The position numbers were made by a program, and so were the translations under genes. The notes beneath the pieces are model-generated. The model was given only the letters and a program-made list of their open reading frames with translations, did not search any database and was not told the origin of the DNA. A DNA stretch of 64,000 nucleotides from Patescibacteria group bacterium (GTDB lineage Bacteria > Patescibacteriota > Microgenomatia > UBA1400 > MFAQ01), in the NCBI GenBank assembly GCA_943355005.1, contig CALRDV010000005.1, forward strand, positions 4,999-68,998, in the 5' to 3' direction. How positions within the stretch are numbered: position 1 is the first letter of the stretch; the number at the start of each line of letters is the position of its first letter. Below are positions 33,385-42,576 of this stretch, piece after piece.

Positions 33385-34428
33385 GTGGCAAGTAAAATGA
33401 AAAAAAAGAAGGTTCAGGAAGTCAGCTACGTCAAATATTTATTTGGGTTTACCCTGGTCCTCTTTATATTTGTCGGTACATGGGTTTGGAAATTTTATCA
33501 AACCTCCGTATCAAGCCAATCCAATATATTACTGGTCAGTTCGCTCATCAATCCTCCGGACAAAATATTTTTCCAGGGAATTACAGGCACTCATAGTTTA
33601 AGAACTTTCCGGTCTTTGCATTTGGATGAGTTAAACTCGTCTGGGAATCAGATTCCTAGCTTCTTCTTAGGTCGGTATCAAAGTTGGTCGCAAGACGAGC
33701 TCGCCAAAGCAGATTTTGTATTCTTGGAGCAAGTTCACAAAGCCGGAGCCATACCTTACATCTCATGGGAGCCTTGGTCCGGGTCCCGTTTGGCTACACC
33801 AAGCTCTCAAATTGCTTATCGGCTTGCAAACATCGTTAGAGGCGATTTTGATAGCTATATCCACACATATGCGTCTGATTTAAAGAAGTTTGGCTATCCT
33901 GTTCTGTTGCGGTTCGCTCACGAGATGAATGGTGATTGGTATCCATGGGGGATAGATGTAAATTCAAATACCTCTAAAGATTTCGTTGACGCCTGGAGAC
34001 ACGTTCACGATATTTTTATTTCGGAAGGGGCTATAAATGTTTTGTGGCTTTGGGCACCGAACGAACCTTTTGGCGGTAAAAATGGGACTAACTCGGCAAA
34101 ATATTCTACATTTTATCCCGGGGACAGTTATGTAGATTGGGTCGGATTCTCTGCGTACAATTGGGGAGAAGCGAGAGAATTTAATGTCAACAGAAGTTTT
34201 TCAACCATGGTATCCAAAGCATATGATTTACTTGTCCCATTCAGGAAACCCATTATGCTGGCCGAATCAAACAGTTCTATTACCGGCGTAGACAAGGCAG
34301 ACTGGATCAAAAATATGAAAGCAGATCTAAAGAAATTTCCTTTAATTAGAGGTGCAATTTGGTATGAAAGCGACGACGGTTCATTTAGTATCGAAAAAGA
34401 ATTGTTTTTAGTGCCATTTGTGCCATAA
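33385..34428 (+). CDS. Membrane-anchored GH26-like glycoside hydrolase (paralogue)
   Basis: It has an N-terminal TM helix, YISWEPW, LLRFAHEMNGDWYPW and MLAESNS. Confidence 0.65.
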   Translation: MASKMKKKKVQEVSYVKYLFGFTLVLFIFVGTWVWKFYQTSVSSQSNILLVSSLINPPDKIFFQGITGTHSLRTFRSLHLDELNSSGNQIPSFFLGRYQSWSQDELAKADFVFLEQVHKAGAIPYISWEPWSGSRLATPSSQIAYRLANIVRGDFDSYIHTYASDLKKFGYPVLLRFAHEMNGDWYPWGIDVNSNTSKDFVDAWRHVHDIFISEGAINVLWLWAPNEPFGGKNGTNSAKYSTFYPGDSYVDWVGFSAYNWGEAREFNVNRSFSTMVSKAYDLLVPFRKPIMLAESNSSITGVDKADWIKNMKADLKKFPLIRGAIWYESDDGSFSIEKELFLVPFVP

Positions 34429-34439
34429 TGATTTAAGCT

Positions 34440-35354
34440 ATGGCGCATCCTGCCCTCACTCTTTTTGCACCGCACCCACACAACAATCATAAAGCCAAAA
34501 TTCTTTGGCCTGGTTCTATCTTGGTTCTTATTGGCCTTTTCATCATGGGTCGTTCGATTATCGATATCACCATTGGTCTTCAGCCAGGTGTTCTTGGTTA
34601 CGCTTCTCAAATAGATCCCGCTAAAGTTATTGAGCTTACCAATAGTCAGCGCTTGAATTCGGGTCTTGGCATTGTTACTTTAAACTCCGACCTTTCTCAA
34701 GCCGCCGCTGCCAAAGCCGCAGATATGTTTGCTCACAATTATTGGGCACATATCTCACCTCAGGGTACAGAACCTTGGTACTTCGTCACCAATTCCGGCT
34801 ACAAATATCAGCACGCCGGCGAAAATCTGGCTCGAGATTTTAGTAATCCAGGGGACATAGTGAAGGCTTGGATGGCTTCACCTACTCACAAGCAAAATCT
34901 TTTGGATCCCCGATATAAAGATATTGGTGTTGCCGTCATGGATGGCTATATCAATGGTGTCGAGACGACAATCGTTGTTCAGATGTTCGGGACGCCACAA
35001 ACTTCCGTCGCTCAAATCGCCGCGAACAGAGTAGACGCCAAACCTGCTCTCGCTCAAGAGCCTGTTCCTGTACCTCCACAAACACCGGCTGTAAAAGTAC
35101 CGGTTAAGCCGTCTCCCCAGCCCACAGTTGTAGGTGAAAAATTAATTCCTTCATCAGGAATTTCACCTCTCGATCTTTCCCGAACCTGGTCTCTCGCTTT
35201 TGTCATTCTTGTTCTATTTGCTCTTAGTCTTGATTGGATATTTGTTCTTCGTTACAACATCATCCGCATCTCCGGAGATACGTGGGCTCACCTTACTTAT
35301 TTCATTGGCATGGCCGTCATTCTCATTATTATTCGTCAAGGAATCATTCTATGA
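34440..35354 (+). CDS. CAP/SCP (PR-1-like) domain protein with a Pro-rich linker and a C-terminal TM anchor
   Basis: The region NYWAHISPQGTEPW...GENLA...HKQNLLDPRYKDIGVAV matches CAP-domain signatures. PVPVPPQTPAVKVPVKPSPQP is followed by a TM segment. Confidence 0.65.
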   Translation: MAHPALTLFAPHPHNNHKAKILWPGSILVLIGLFIMGRSIIDITIGLQPGVLGYASQIDPAKVIELTNSQRLNSGLGIVTLNSDLSQAAAAKAADMFAHNYWAHISPQGTEPWYFVTNSGYKYQHAGENLARDFSNPGDIVKAWMASPTHKQNLLDPRYKDIGVAVMDGYINGVETTIVVQMFGTPQTSVAQIAANRVDAKPALAQEPVPVPPQTPAVKVPVKPSPQPTVVGEKLIPSSGISPLDLSRTWSLAFVILVLFALSLDWIFVLRYNIIRISGDTWAHLTYFIGMAVILIIIRQGIIL

Positions 35355-35602
35355 GAAGACCTGTCAGCAAAGTCCTCGATTATTTATTCTTAAGTTTTAT
35401 CGTTTCTGCTGCAATTATAGGAGTTTTAATTTTTAATGGAAATAAAAATTATCAGATTATTACTGTCTTTACGTTATCCCTTTCATATGTCATATGGGGT
35501 CTACTACATCACCAAAAAGAGGGGACACTTCATCCAAAAATCATAGCTGAATATATCGCGTATGCAGTTCTTGGAACGATATTAGTTATAGGTTTATTTT
35601 AA
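35352..35602 (+). CDS. Small hypothetical membrane protein
   Basis: About 83 aa with two hydrophobic helices. The start was chosen at MRRPVSKVL, and the call rests only on ORF and hydrophobicity. Confidence 0.3.
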
Positions 35603-35637
35603 TTTTCAAACTTGCGTCGTAACGTATAATAGAAGAA

Positions 35638-36381
35638 ATGAAAGGAATTATTTTAGCGGGTGGAAGAGCCACCAGACTCCGACCATTGACTTGGGTGATC
35701 AGTAAACAATTGTTACCGATCTACAACAAACCCATGATCTATTACCCTATCGAAACTCTTACCAGAGCCGGAATCAAAGATATCTTAATAATTCTTGCTC
35801 CGGAAAATGCCGGACTCTTTTTGAATCTTCTGGGGACCGGTGATCAGTTTGGAGTTCACTTCAGTTACGTCATTCAGAAGGAGCCGAAAGGTTTAGGTGA
35901 AGCCTTTATTCTTGGTGAAGATTTTTTGGACAACGACAACGTCACGATGGCTCTTGGGGACAATATATTTGACGAAGATTTTTCTAAACAAATTAATTCA
36001 TTCAAGTCAGGTGGACAAATCTATGTCAAGAAGTTAGACAGAATTGAGGAAGTCAGAAGACTTGGAGTAGTGGAGATAGATAAAAATAATAAGGTCCTAT
36101 CCATAGAAGAAAAGCCGGAGCACCCCAAATCTATGTATGTCTCTACCGGTCTTTATACCTACGATTCACGAGTAGTGGAAATCGCCAAGAATCTTAAACC
36201 TTCCGCTAGGGGAGAGCTAGAGATTAGTGGTAACCCCAGTATTAGTAATACATTTCTAGAGTCGGGAGAGCTTAAGGCTTGCGTCTTTGATAGTTACTGG
36301 CAGGATGCCGGCACCTTCGATAGTCTTTTGGAAGCCGGCAATCACATGGCCGAGAAAGAAAAATTAGCTAAAAAAATATGA
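35638..36381 (+). CDS. rmlA: Sugar-1-phosphate nucleotidylyltransferase (a short glucose-1-phosphate thymidylyltransferase-like RmlA)
   Basis: MKGIILAGGRATRLRPLT is the G-x-G-x-R-L pyrophosphorylase motif. The gene heads the rmlBCD operon. Confidence 0.75.
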   Translation: MKGIILAGGRATRLRPLTWVISKQLLPIYNKPMIYYPIETLTRAGIKDILIILAPENAGLFLNLLGTGDQFGVHFSYVIQKEPKGLGEAFILGEDFLDNDNVTMALGDNIFDEDFSKQINSFKSGGQIYVKKLDRIEEVRRLGVVEIDKNNKVLSIEEKPEHPKSMYVSTGLYTYDSRVVEIAKNLKPSARGELEISGNPSISNTFLESGELKACVFDSYWQDAGTFDSLLEAGNHMAEKEKLAKKI

Positions 36382-37376
36382 AACTCTTAGTCACAGGCGG
36401 CGCCGGTTTTATTGGTTCAAATTTTATCCGCTACTGGCTGGAAAAATATCCTTCGGACCAAATAATTACTTTAGATTCTCTTACATATGCCGGTCATTTG
36501 AGTTCTTTGTCGGATATAGAAAAAAATCCCAACTACGCTTTTGTCAAAGGAGATATTACGGATCCGGTAATTGTCGATGAGCTGGTTTCTCAGGTAGACA
36601 CTATTGTTCATTTTGCCGCCGAGTCCCACGTCGACAGGTCTGTTAAGGACCCCTTGGTTTTTGTCAAAACCAATATCATCGGAACTCAAACTTTATTGGA
36701 AGCCGCCAAAAAGCATGGTAATAAAAGATTCCATCACATTTCTACCGACGAAGTATTTGGTGCATTGACACTTGGTACAGACGCCAAGTTCGATGAAAAC
36801 ACACCCTACGACCCTAGAAGTCCTTACTCCGCTTCCAAAGCCGGCTCAGACCATCTTGTCCGGGCATATTTTCACACCTTTGGACTGCCCATTACGATTA
36901 CCAATTGTAGTAACAATTTCGGACCCTACCAAGATACGGAGAAATTTATTCCCAGGATGATTACCAATCTTCTGCAGGGAGAGAAAGTAAAAATTTATGG
37001 CGATGGACTCTATGTCCGTGATTGGCTCTACGTTCTAGATCACTGCTCTGCCATCGATGCTGTTCTTAAGAAAGGCAAAATAGGGGATACTTACACCGTA
37101 GGTGGGCTTACCAAGGATTACTCAAATCTAGATATCACCATGATGATTCTGAAGATGATGGGTAAGGACGAAAGTAGTATTGAATACGTTACTGATCGCC
37201 CTGGTCACGATCGCCGCTATGCCGTCAACTGGTCCAAAATAAATAAAGAGCTCGATTGGTCTCCGTCCGCCGATTTTGATTTCAGGTTACAGGAAACCAT
37301 TACCTGGTACAATTCGAACCAATCTTGGTGGAAAGATATGAAAATCACTTCAGAAAACTTTTATAAAAATAAATAA
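36378..37376 (+). CDS. rmlB: dTDP-glucose 4,6-dehydratase
   Basis: It has LLVTGGAGFIGSNF, the YSASKAGSDHLVRAY catalytic YxxxK, and TDEVFG. Confidence 0.9.
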   Translation: MKLLVTGGAGFIGSNFIRYWLEKYPSDQIITLDSLTYAGHLSSLSDIEKNPNYAFVKGDITDPVIVDELVSQVDTIVHFAAESHVDRSVKDPLVFVKTNIIGTQTLLEAAKKHGNKRFHHISTDEVFGALTLGTDAKFDENTPYDPRSPYSASKAGSDHLVRAYFHTFGLPITITNCSNNFGPYQDTEKFIPRMITNLLQGEKVKIYGDGLYVRDWLYVLDHCSAIDAVLKKGKIGDTYTVGGLTKDYSNLDITMMILKMMGKDESSIEYVTDRPGHDRRYAVNWSKINKELDWSPSADFDFRLQETITWYNSNQSWWKDMKITSENFYKNK

Positions 37377-37382
37377 ACCAAT

Positions 37383-37946
37383 ATGGGGCTGATCAAAATA
37401 AAACACAAATCAATCGCCCTGCCCAAAAATACCAAGCTTTATCGTCAAACATACGAAAAGACCGAGGGCATCAAAGATGTCCATGTTCTTAAAGTAAATG
37501 TTTTTGCAGATGATTATGGTGGTTGGTTTAAGGAGTCTATGAGATTAGATACCAAGGGAAACAATGTCGCTCTCAAAGAGCTTGGGTTATCGTTTCACCC
37601 CATCCAAACCAATACCTCATTTTTGGCACCCAAGACCAAACGATTTTGGCACATTCATCCGAAACAAAATGAAATCTGGACTACAAGTGGCACAATACTC
37701 ATGGGTCTTATCGACTACCGGCCAGAATCTATTACTTATCGCACTAAGATGAAAGTCATTCTTTCTTCTGACAAATTGATTTATATACCCGCCGGCGTCG
37801 CTCATGGTTTTATCAATCCCAATTTTGATCCGGTTGTTCTAAACTATTTTACGGATCAATACTTCGTGGCGAATGAATTTACCCAAGAATGTCGCATAGA
37901 CCCCAAAGTTGTATCCTTCGATTTTGTCAAACCGGAAAAAATGTAA
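37383..37946 (+). CDS. rmlC: dTDP-4-dehydrorhamnose 3,5-epimerase-like cupin
   Basis: It has a cupin fold with FWHIHPKQNEIWT and GVAHGF. The identification relies on its operon position between rmlB and rmlD. Confidence 0.65.
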   Translation: MGLIKIKHKSIALPKNTKLYRQTYEKTEGIKDVHVLKVNVFADDYGGWFKESMRLDTKGNNVALKELGLSFHPIQTNTSFLAPKTKRFWHIHPKQNEIWTTSGTILMGLIDYRPESITYRTKMKVILSSDKLIYIPAGVAHGFINPNFDPVVLNYFTDQYFVANEFTQECRIDPKVVSFDFVKPEKM

Positions 37947-37948
37947 AT

Positions 37949-38887
37949 ATGAAAGAAAAAATACTCGTCACCGGCGCAACAGGATTAGTAGGTTCAAGAT
38001 TCGTCGAACTTGCCAAAGAATACAGTCTCTATACTCCGACATCAGAGGAAATGGATATTAATAATCCAAGTTCTGTGAAGTCTTATGTGGAGAAAACAAA
38101 TCCGGATTGGATTATCAACTTCGCCGCTTTTACAGATGTAAATGCTTCAGAAGAACAAACCGGTGACAACACCGCTAGCGCATGGCAAATAAATGTGGTT
38201 GGAGTGCAGAATTTGCTTGGCGCTTTCAAGTCCAAAAATATTATTCAAATATCTACGGACATGGTTTTCCCGGGAGATTTATCACAGCCAGGACCCTATG
38301 CCGAGACAGATATACCACCCACCACAAACGAAAAACTTACCTGGTATGGCTGGACCAAAAATAGAGCCGAAAAATTAATCAATGAAAGAGGTGGTACTGT
38401 TCTTAGAATTATTTATCCCGTTAGATCAAGTTTTGAGGATAAATTAGACTATATTCGAGGAGCCCTCAAAAAATTTGTTGAAGGTAAGATGTATCCCTTG
38501 TTTCATGACCAGCAAATCTCTATCGCCTTTGTAGACGAAATAGTCACTACTCTTAAGAAAATTATTGAGAATGACGCACACGGTGTTTTTCATGCTTCAT
38601 CCGACACCACTACGCCTCATGAATTAATTTCCTTCGTAATTAAGCAACTTGGTGGCGATGAATCATTGGTTAAATCAGCCTCAATTCATGATTTTCTGGC
38701 GACTCAAAAGAATGCCAATCGTTATCCGGTTTTTGGTGGTCTAAAGTCTAAGCTTACAGAAGAAAGATTGTTTGGTGGACTAAAAACTGTTATTACCGAA
38801 GAAGAGCTAAGCACTCATTTCTCTACATGGCAAACTGTGGTCGAGTATCTCATTGGCCAAGGTCTCACCTTGCCTGATAAGCAATAA
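37949..38887 (+). CDS. rmlD: dTDP-4-dehydrorhamnose reductase
   Basis: It begins MKEKILVTGATGLVGSRF and has an NAD(P)-binding Rossmann fold of RmlD size. The start was taken at MKEK rather than at the ORF start 37889, which overlaps rmlC. Confidence 0.7.
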   Translation: MKEKILVTGATGLVGSRFVELAKEYSLYTPTSEEMDINNPSSVKSYVEKTNPDWIINFAAFTDVNASEEQTGDNTASAWQINVVGVQNLLGAFKSKNIIQISTDMVFPGDLSQPGPYAETDIPPTTNEKLTWYGWTKNRAEKLINERGGTVLRIIYPVRSSFEDKLDYIRGALKKFVEGKMYPLFHDQQISIAFVDEIVTTLKKIIENDAHGVFHASSDTTTPHELISFVIKQLGGDESLVKSASIHDFLATQKNANRYPVFGGLKSKLTEERLFGGLKTVITEEELSTHFSTWQTVVEYLIGQGLTLPDKQ

Positions 38888-38904
38888 TCGAGTACCATAA
38901 TAAT

Positions 38905-39717
38905 ATGTCTGTTCGTTCTGTCATTCCCGACCTGATCGGGAATCTATTTAAATTCACTCCGATTATAATTGTCGCTTTTTTGGCTTTCATCTTCTCCCCA
39001 CTCGTCATGGCCAGCGCCAAATCAGACTACGATTATCAGTACGGTAAATATAGAACCAATTTTGCCGAGTTCGCTATTCTTAAGCAAGACTACTTAACAA
39101 CTCCAAGTCTGGACAATCAGCAAAAGGTTATGATCTCGGCCAAGCAGACTATCCTTAGTCGTGATCTAGCCAAAGCATCTCTAGATTGGTATCTTCTGGA
39201 TCTTATTGGCAGTTATCGCGTCGATTACGACCCCATTAAGCCCGTAATCACTGCTTTAAACAGCTCACGCCAATATTTCCTGGATCAATCATTTAAAGCC
39301 CAAAGTATAGTCACTGAAGCCGATTTAAAGAAATTTACCAACAATTATCTCGAGACTGTTCCTGTAAACGACGCCATGATTAAGTTCGGCATCTTAGCTC
39401 ACAAAATCGCTGAGTTGGTCAGAATCCAAATCGATTCCAAGACGGCATTGGAAACCATCATTCCCAAACTACCTTCACCTATGCCACAGAATCTTACCGA
39501 TCGTATCCAAGAGCTCAGAGATAAAGCCAAATTTATAGATGCGAAGATTGATACATTTGCCAATAATCTTCCCATGGCCGAGGCCGTGTCTGAGTCAGCT
39601 AATGATATTTTCTTCTCCTCCCGCGTAGAGATTTTGACTGAGATTCGTCTACTTCAATTAGATTGGATTAATCGTCTTATTGATATCGATATAAACTATG
39701 TCCAACCCCAAATTTGA
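38905..39717 (+). CDS. Hypothetical secreted/membrane-anchored protein
   Basis: An N-terminal hydrophobic segment is followed by an alpha-helical-looking domain. I recognised no motifs. Confidence 0.35.
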   Translation: MSVRSVIPDLIGNLFKFTPIIIVAFLAFIFSPLVMASAKSDYDYQYGKYRTNFAEFAILKQDYLTTPSLDNQQKVMISAKQTILSRDLAKASLDWYLLDLIGSYRVDYDPIKPVITALNSSRQYFLDQSFKAQSIVTEADLKKFTNNYLETVPVNDAMIKFGILAHKIAELVRIQIDSKTALETIIPKLPSPMPQNLTDRIQELRDKAKFIDAKIDTFANNLPMAEAVSESANDIFFSSRVEILTEIRLLQLDWINRLIDIDINYVQPQI

Positions 39718-40063
39718 AATAACCAATCCGGAAGCAATTAAGCTTATAAATGATCTAAAAAGTGGAGTTATTTTTGCTCCCGTAAAAGCTTGGCTTACTA
39801 AATATAAGTGGTACTGGGTAAGTGGTCTGGTCGTGATTGTGCTTTTGATTTCTTTAGCTATTGGCAAGTCTATTGCCGACAGTCGCAGGGCTCCGGTATT
39901 TCTACCACCCGATCTGGGTACTCCGGTACCTACCACAGAAGTTGTTGTTAAATCAGATTATCAGTGGATTCGACAGAATATTTTAAATTACAGCACCGAG
40001 CTTCCTGATCCGGTGATTCCAGTAATGGATAACGCAATAAATCTCGAAAGTGCTAATATATAA
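39698..40063 (+). CDS. Hypothetical single-TM membrane protein
   Basis: 121 aa with a central TM helix (WYWVSGLVVIVLLISLAIG). It overlaps the upstream gene by 20 bp. Confidence 0.3.
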   Translation: MSNPKFEITNPEAIKLINDLKSGVIFAPVKAWLTKYKWYWVSGLVVIVLLISLAIGKSIADSRRAPVFLPPDLGTPVPTTEVVVKSDYQWIRQNILNYSTELPDPVIPVMDNAINLESANI

Positions 40064-40066
40064 ACT

Positions 40067-40819
40067 ATGGCAAAAACCGCTACCAAAAAAACAATTAATA
40101 AAGTAAAACCGGCAATGTCCGCAGAAAAAATGAAAACAAAAAAATCGGTGAAAGTAATTAAAAAACTACGTCCCGTTTCGGAAGAAACGTTTGAAATGGA
40201 TTCTTCTGTTTCTTCAATTAAAGAAGTCAGTCGTCCTCCCTTTGGATTTATTGTAAAACTAGTGCTAATCGTGGCTCTTGGTTCTGCCCTTTATCTACTT
40301 GCTCAGAAATATCGCGGTCTTGTATTGGCCGGTACCGTAAATTCTTCTCCTATTAGCCGATATGAACTAAACCAGAAAATGGTCGAGAAATATGGCAAAC
40401 AAACTCTGGATGATATTATCAACGAAAGAATCCTAAATTCTGAATTAAAGAAAAACAATATTGTAGTTTCCGATCAAGATGTCTCTACAGAAATGGCCAA
40501 GATTATCAAAGACTATGGTGGTGATGAAGCCTTTAAGTCGGCACTCACTCAATATGGTCTTACCGAAGCCAAAGCCAAAGATTCCATCAAGCAGAGTTTG
40601 GGTCTCAAGAAGTTAGTTGAAAAAAGTTACAAGATTGACATCACTGCCGACAAAATCAAAAAGTACTTTGATGACAACAAGACTCAGTTCAAAGATAAAA
40701 AATTGGAAGAAGTCTCAGCCAGTATCAAGGATACCCTTTATCAGCAGGAAGTCTACGCCAAGACCCAAGAGTGGTTTACCGGTGTTCGCAAGACTGCCAA
40801 GATCGTAACCTTCATTTAA
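40067..40819 (+). CDS. SurA N-terminal-domain-like periplasmic chaperone (membrane anchored)
   Basis: It has a Lys-rich N-terminus, a TM helix, and then ISRYELNQKMVEKYGKQTLDDIINERILNSELKK..., which resembles the SurA/PpiD N-terminal chaperone domain. No PPIase domain is present. Confidence 0.4.
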   Translation: MAKTATKKTINKVKPAMSAEKMKTKKSVKVIKKLRPVSEETFEMDSSVSSIKEVSRPPFGFIVKLVLIVALGSALYLLAQKYRGLVLAGTVNSSPISRYELNQKMVEKYGKQTLDDIINERILNSELKKNNIVVSDQDVSTEMAKIIKDYGGDEAFKSALTQYGLTEAKAKDSIKQSLGLKKLVEKSYKIDITADKIKKYFDDNKTQFKDKKLEEVSASIKDTLYQQEVYAKTQEWFTGVRKTAKIVTFI

Positions 40820-40825
40820 ATTAAA

Positions 40826-41623
40826 GTGAAAAAATCTGCCCAAGATTTAAAAGAAAAAATTTCGAAAGCTGTTGTTAAGCGCTGGATGATTCCGGCGCTT
40901 ACGGCTTTTGTGGTTATTATTTTGATAATCATCGCGGTTTTTTATAGGAGAGGTCCTCAAGTTATAGCTCCCGTTGAGCCATCGGCATCACCTTCTGCCA
41001 TTTTAAATCCTGGGAATATTTCACTACCTTCACCCGAGTTGCGAAGCAGTAGCTCAATTGAGAGTGTTTTAAAAGGCCGTCGCACCCGAAGAGACTTTAT
41101 GGATACAGAGCTTACTCTCAAGCAAGTGTCTCAGATGCTTTGGGCGGCTCAAGGTGTCACAGTCGATTGGGGTGGTCGCACTACTCCTTCTGCCAAGTCC
41201 ACCTATCCATTATCGGTATTCCTAATTGCAAACAAGGTTTCCGGCTTGGAGCCGGGAGAGTATCAATACATTCCGGGGGATAGAACTCCGATCCACCAGC
41301 TGAGACCTTTGAAGTTAGTTGATCTAAAAAAAGCTCTGTTTGAAACCTTAAACGAAAGTTCATTCAGGAATGCTCCCGCGGTTTTGGTAATTACCGGGAA
41401 CATGGGGAAAATGGCCGAGTCTTATGGTGGCATCCCTCACGATAAAGAAGTTTACTTAGAAGCCGGCCACGCCGGTCAAAATCTCTATCTTCAGGCCGAA
41501 AGTCTAAAACTCGGCGTGGTTACCATCTCCGGCTTCGACGAAGAAAAAGTCCTGGATCTAGTGACTATTCCAGACACGGATACTATAATCTACCTAATTC
41601 CATTTGGAATCCCTAAACAATAA
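40826..41623 (+). CDS. SagB-type dehydrogenase / nitroreductase-family protein with an N-terminal TM anchor
   Basis: It has GRRTRRDF (the nitroreductase RRSxRxF box), TPSAKSTYPL (the SagB-type PSAGxxYP box), and AGHAGQNLYLQA. Confidence 0.6.
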   Translation: MKKSAQDLKEKISKAVVKRWMIPALTAFVVIILIIIAVFYRRGPQVIAPVEPSASPSAILNPGNISLPSPELRSSSSIESVLKGRRTRRDFMDTELTLKQVSQMLWAAQGVTVDWGGRTTPSAKSTYPLSVFLIANKVSGLEPGEYQYIPGDRTPIHQLRPLKLVDLKKALFETLNESSFRNAPAVLVITGNMGKMAESYGGIPHDKEVYLEAGHAGQNLYLQAESLKLGVVTISGFDEEKVLDLVTIPDTDTIIYLIPFGIPKQ

Positions 41624-41628
41624 ATAAG

Positions 41629-41868
41629 ATGACTGGAGAAAAAACCTTAGAAGAAATAACTCAAAAAAACCAAAAAGAGAGATTTAGTCATTTATCAGAC
41701 AGAGAAAGAGAATCTTTTTTTCAAAAATTGATGACTCATGATCATCTAAACGAGGATCTAGCGAGGGCTGTATTTGAATTATTTGAAGATGGACGGGCGG
41801 GGTCAGTTGCTGAAGCAAAAAAAATCATAAGGGAGAGTGAAAATCCATCTCACTACTCCGATCACTAG
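41629..41868 (+). CDS. Hypothetical small protein
   Basis: 79 aa, charged and helical. The call rests on the ORF only. Confidence 0.25.
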   Translation: MTGEKTLEEITQKNQKERFSHLSDRERESFFQKLMTHDHLNEDLARAVFELFEDGRAGSVAEAKKIIRESENPSHYSDH

Positions 41869-41881
41869 TCCAAAGATCTAT

Positions 41882-41909
41882 TGTCATTCCGGGCTTGACT
41901 CGGAATCCA
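41882..41909 (+). repeat. Palindromic repeat, type 1 variant (TGTCATTCCGGGCTTGACTCGGAATCCA), intergenic
   Basis: It has one mismatch in the 3' stem arm relative to the consensus. Confidence 0.8.
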
Positions 41910-41923
41910 TCAAATCAATTCCA

Positions 41924-42556
41924 CTACCTGCCCTTACGCCACTTTTCGATTTCCTTGTGATTCCCGGAAAGTAAAACATCCGGCACTTTCCAGCCATTGT
42001 AATCGGCCGGGCGGGTGTATTGAGGATATTCCATGGCCATTTCCTCACTGTAGGACTCTTCTTTAAGAGATTCAGGGTTTCCGAGTACCCCGGGCATCAG
42101 CCGGCAAATACTATCGACCACCACCATCACCGGAAGTTCGCCACCACTTAATACATAAGGCCCGATGCTATAGATTTCATCTGCCAAGTGTTCGTGGACG
42201 CGGTGATCAATACCCTCAAAGTGAGGTGCAATAAAAATCAAATGCTCTTCGGATTTTAATTTTTCGGCACTTTTCTGGTCATACATTTTGCCCTTTGTAT
42301 CCATCAAAATCACTTTAGTGTTTTCTTTTTTAAGTTCTTTTATCGCTCTGTCTATCACGTCGATTTTCATCACCATGCCGGCTCCGCCCCCAAATGGGTG
42401 GTCATCTACACTTTTGTAGTTATCATCGCTCCAGTCCCTTAAATTGCGGACATTAATCTGCACGGCCTCTGTTCCGACGGCTCTGCCAATCATGGAAGTG
42501 CGGAAAACACCCTCAAACATCTCGGGGAATATGGTCAAAATATCGATTATCAGCAT
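41924..42556 (-). CDS. trmD: tRNA (guanine37-N1)-methyltransferase
   Basis: It has IIDILTIFPEMFEG, GGGAGMVMK, and a C-terminal SPOUT knot region. The start was taken at MLIIDIL, since the longer ORF to 42610 adds a non-conserved leader. Confidence 0.85.
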   Translation of the reverse strand: MLIIDILTIFPEMFEGVFRTSMIGRAVGTEAVQINVRNLRDWSDDNYKSVDDHPFGGGAGMVMKIDVIDRAIKELKKENTKVILMDTKGKMYDQKSAEKLKSEEHLIFIAPHFEGIDHRVHEHLADEIYSIGPYVLSGGELPVMVVVDSICRLMPGVLGNPESLKEESYSEEMAMEYPQYTRPADYNGWKVPDVLLSGNHKEIEKWRKGR

Positions 42557-42576
42557 ACAGATAGTATAATCGAAGC

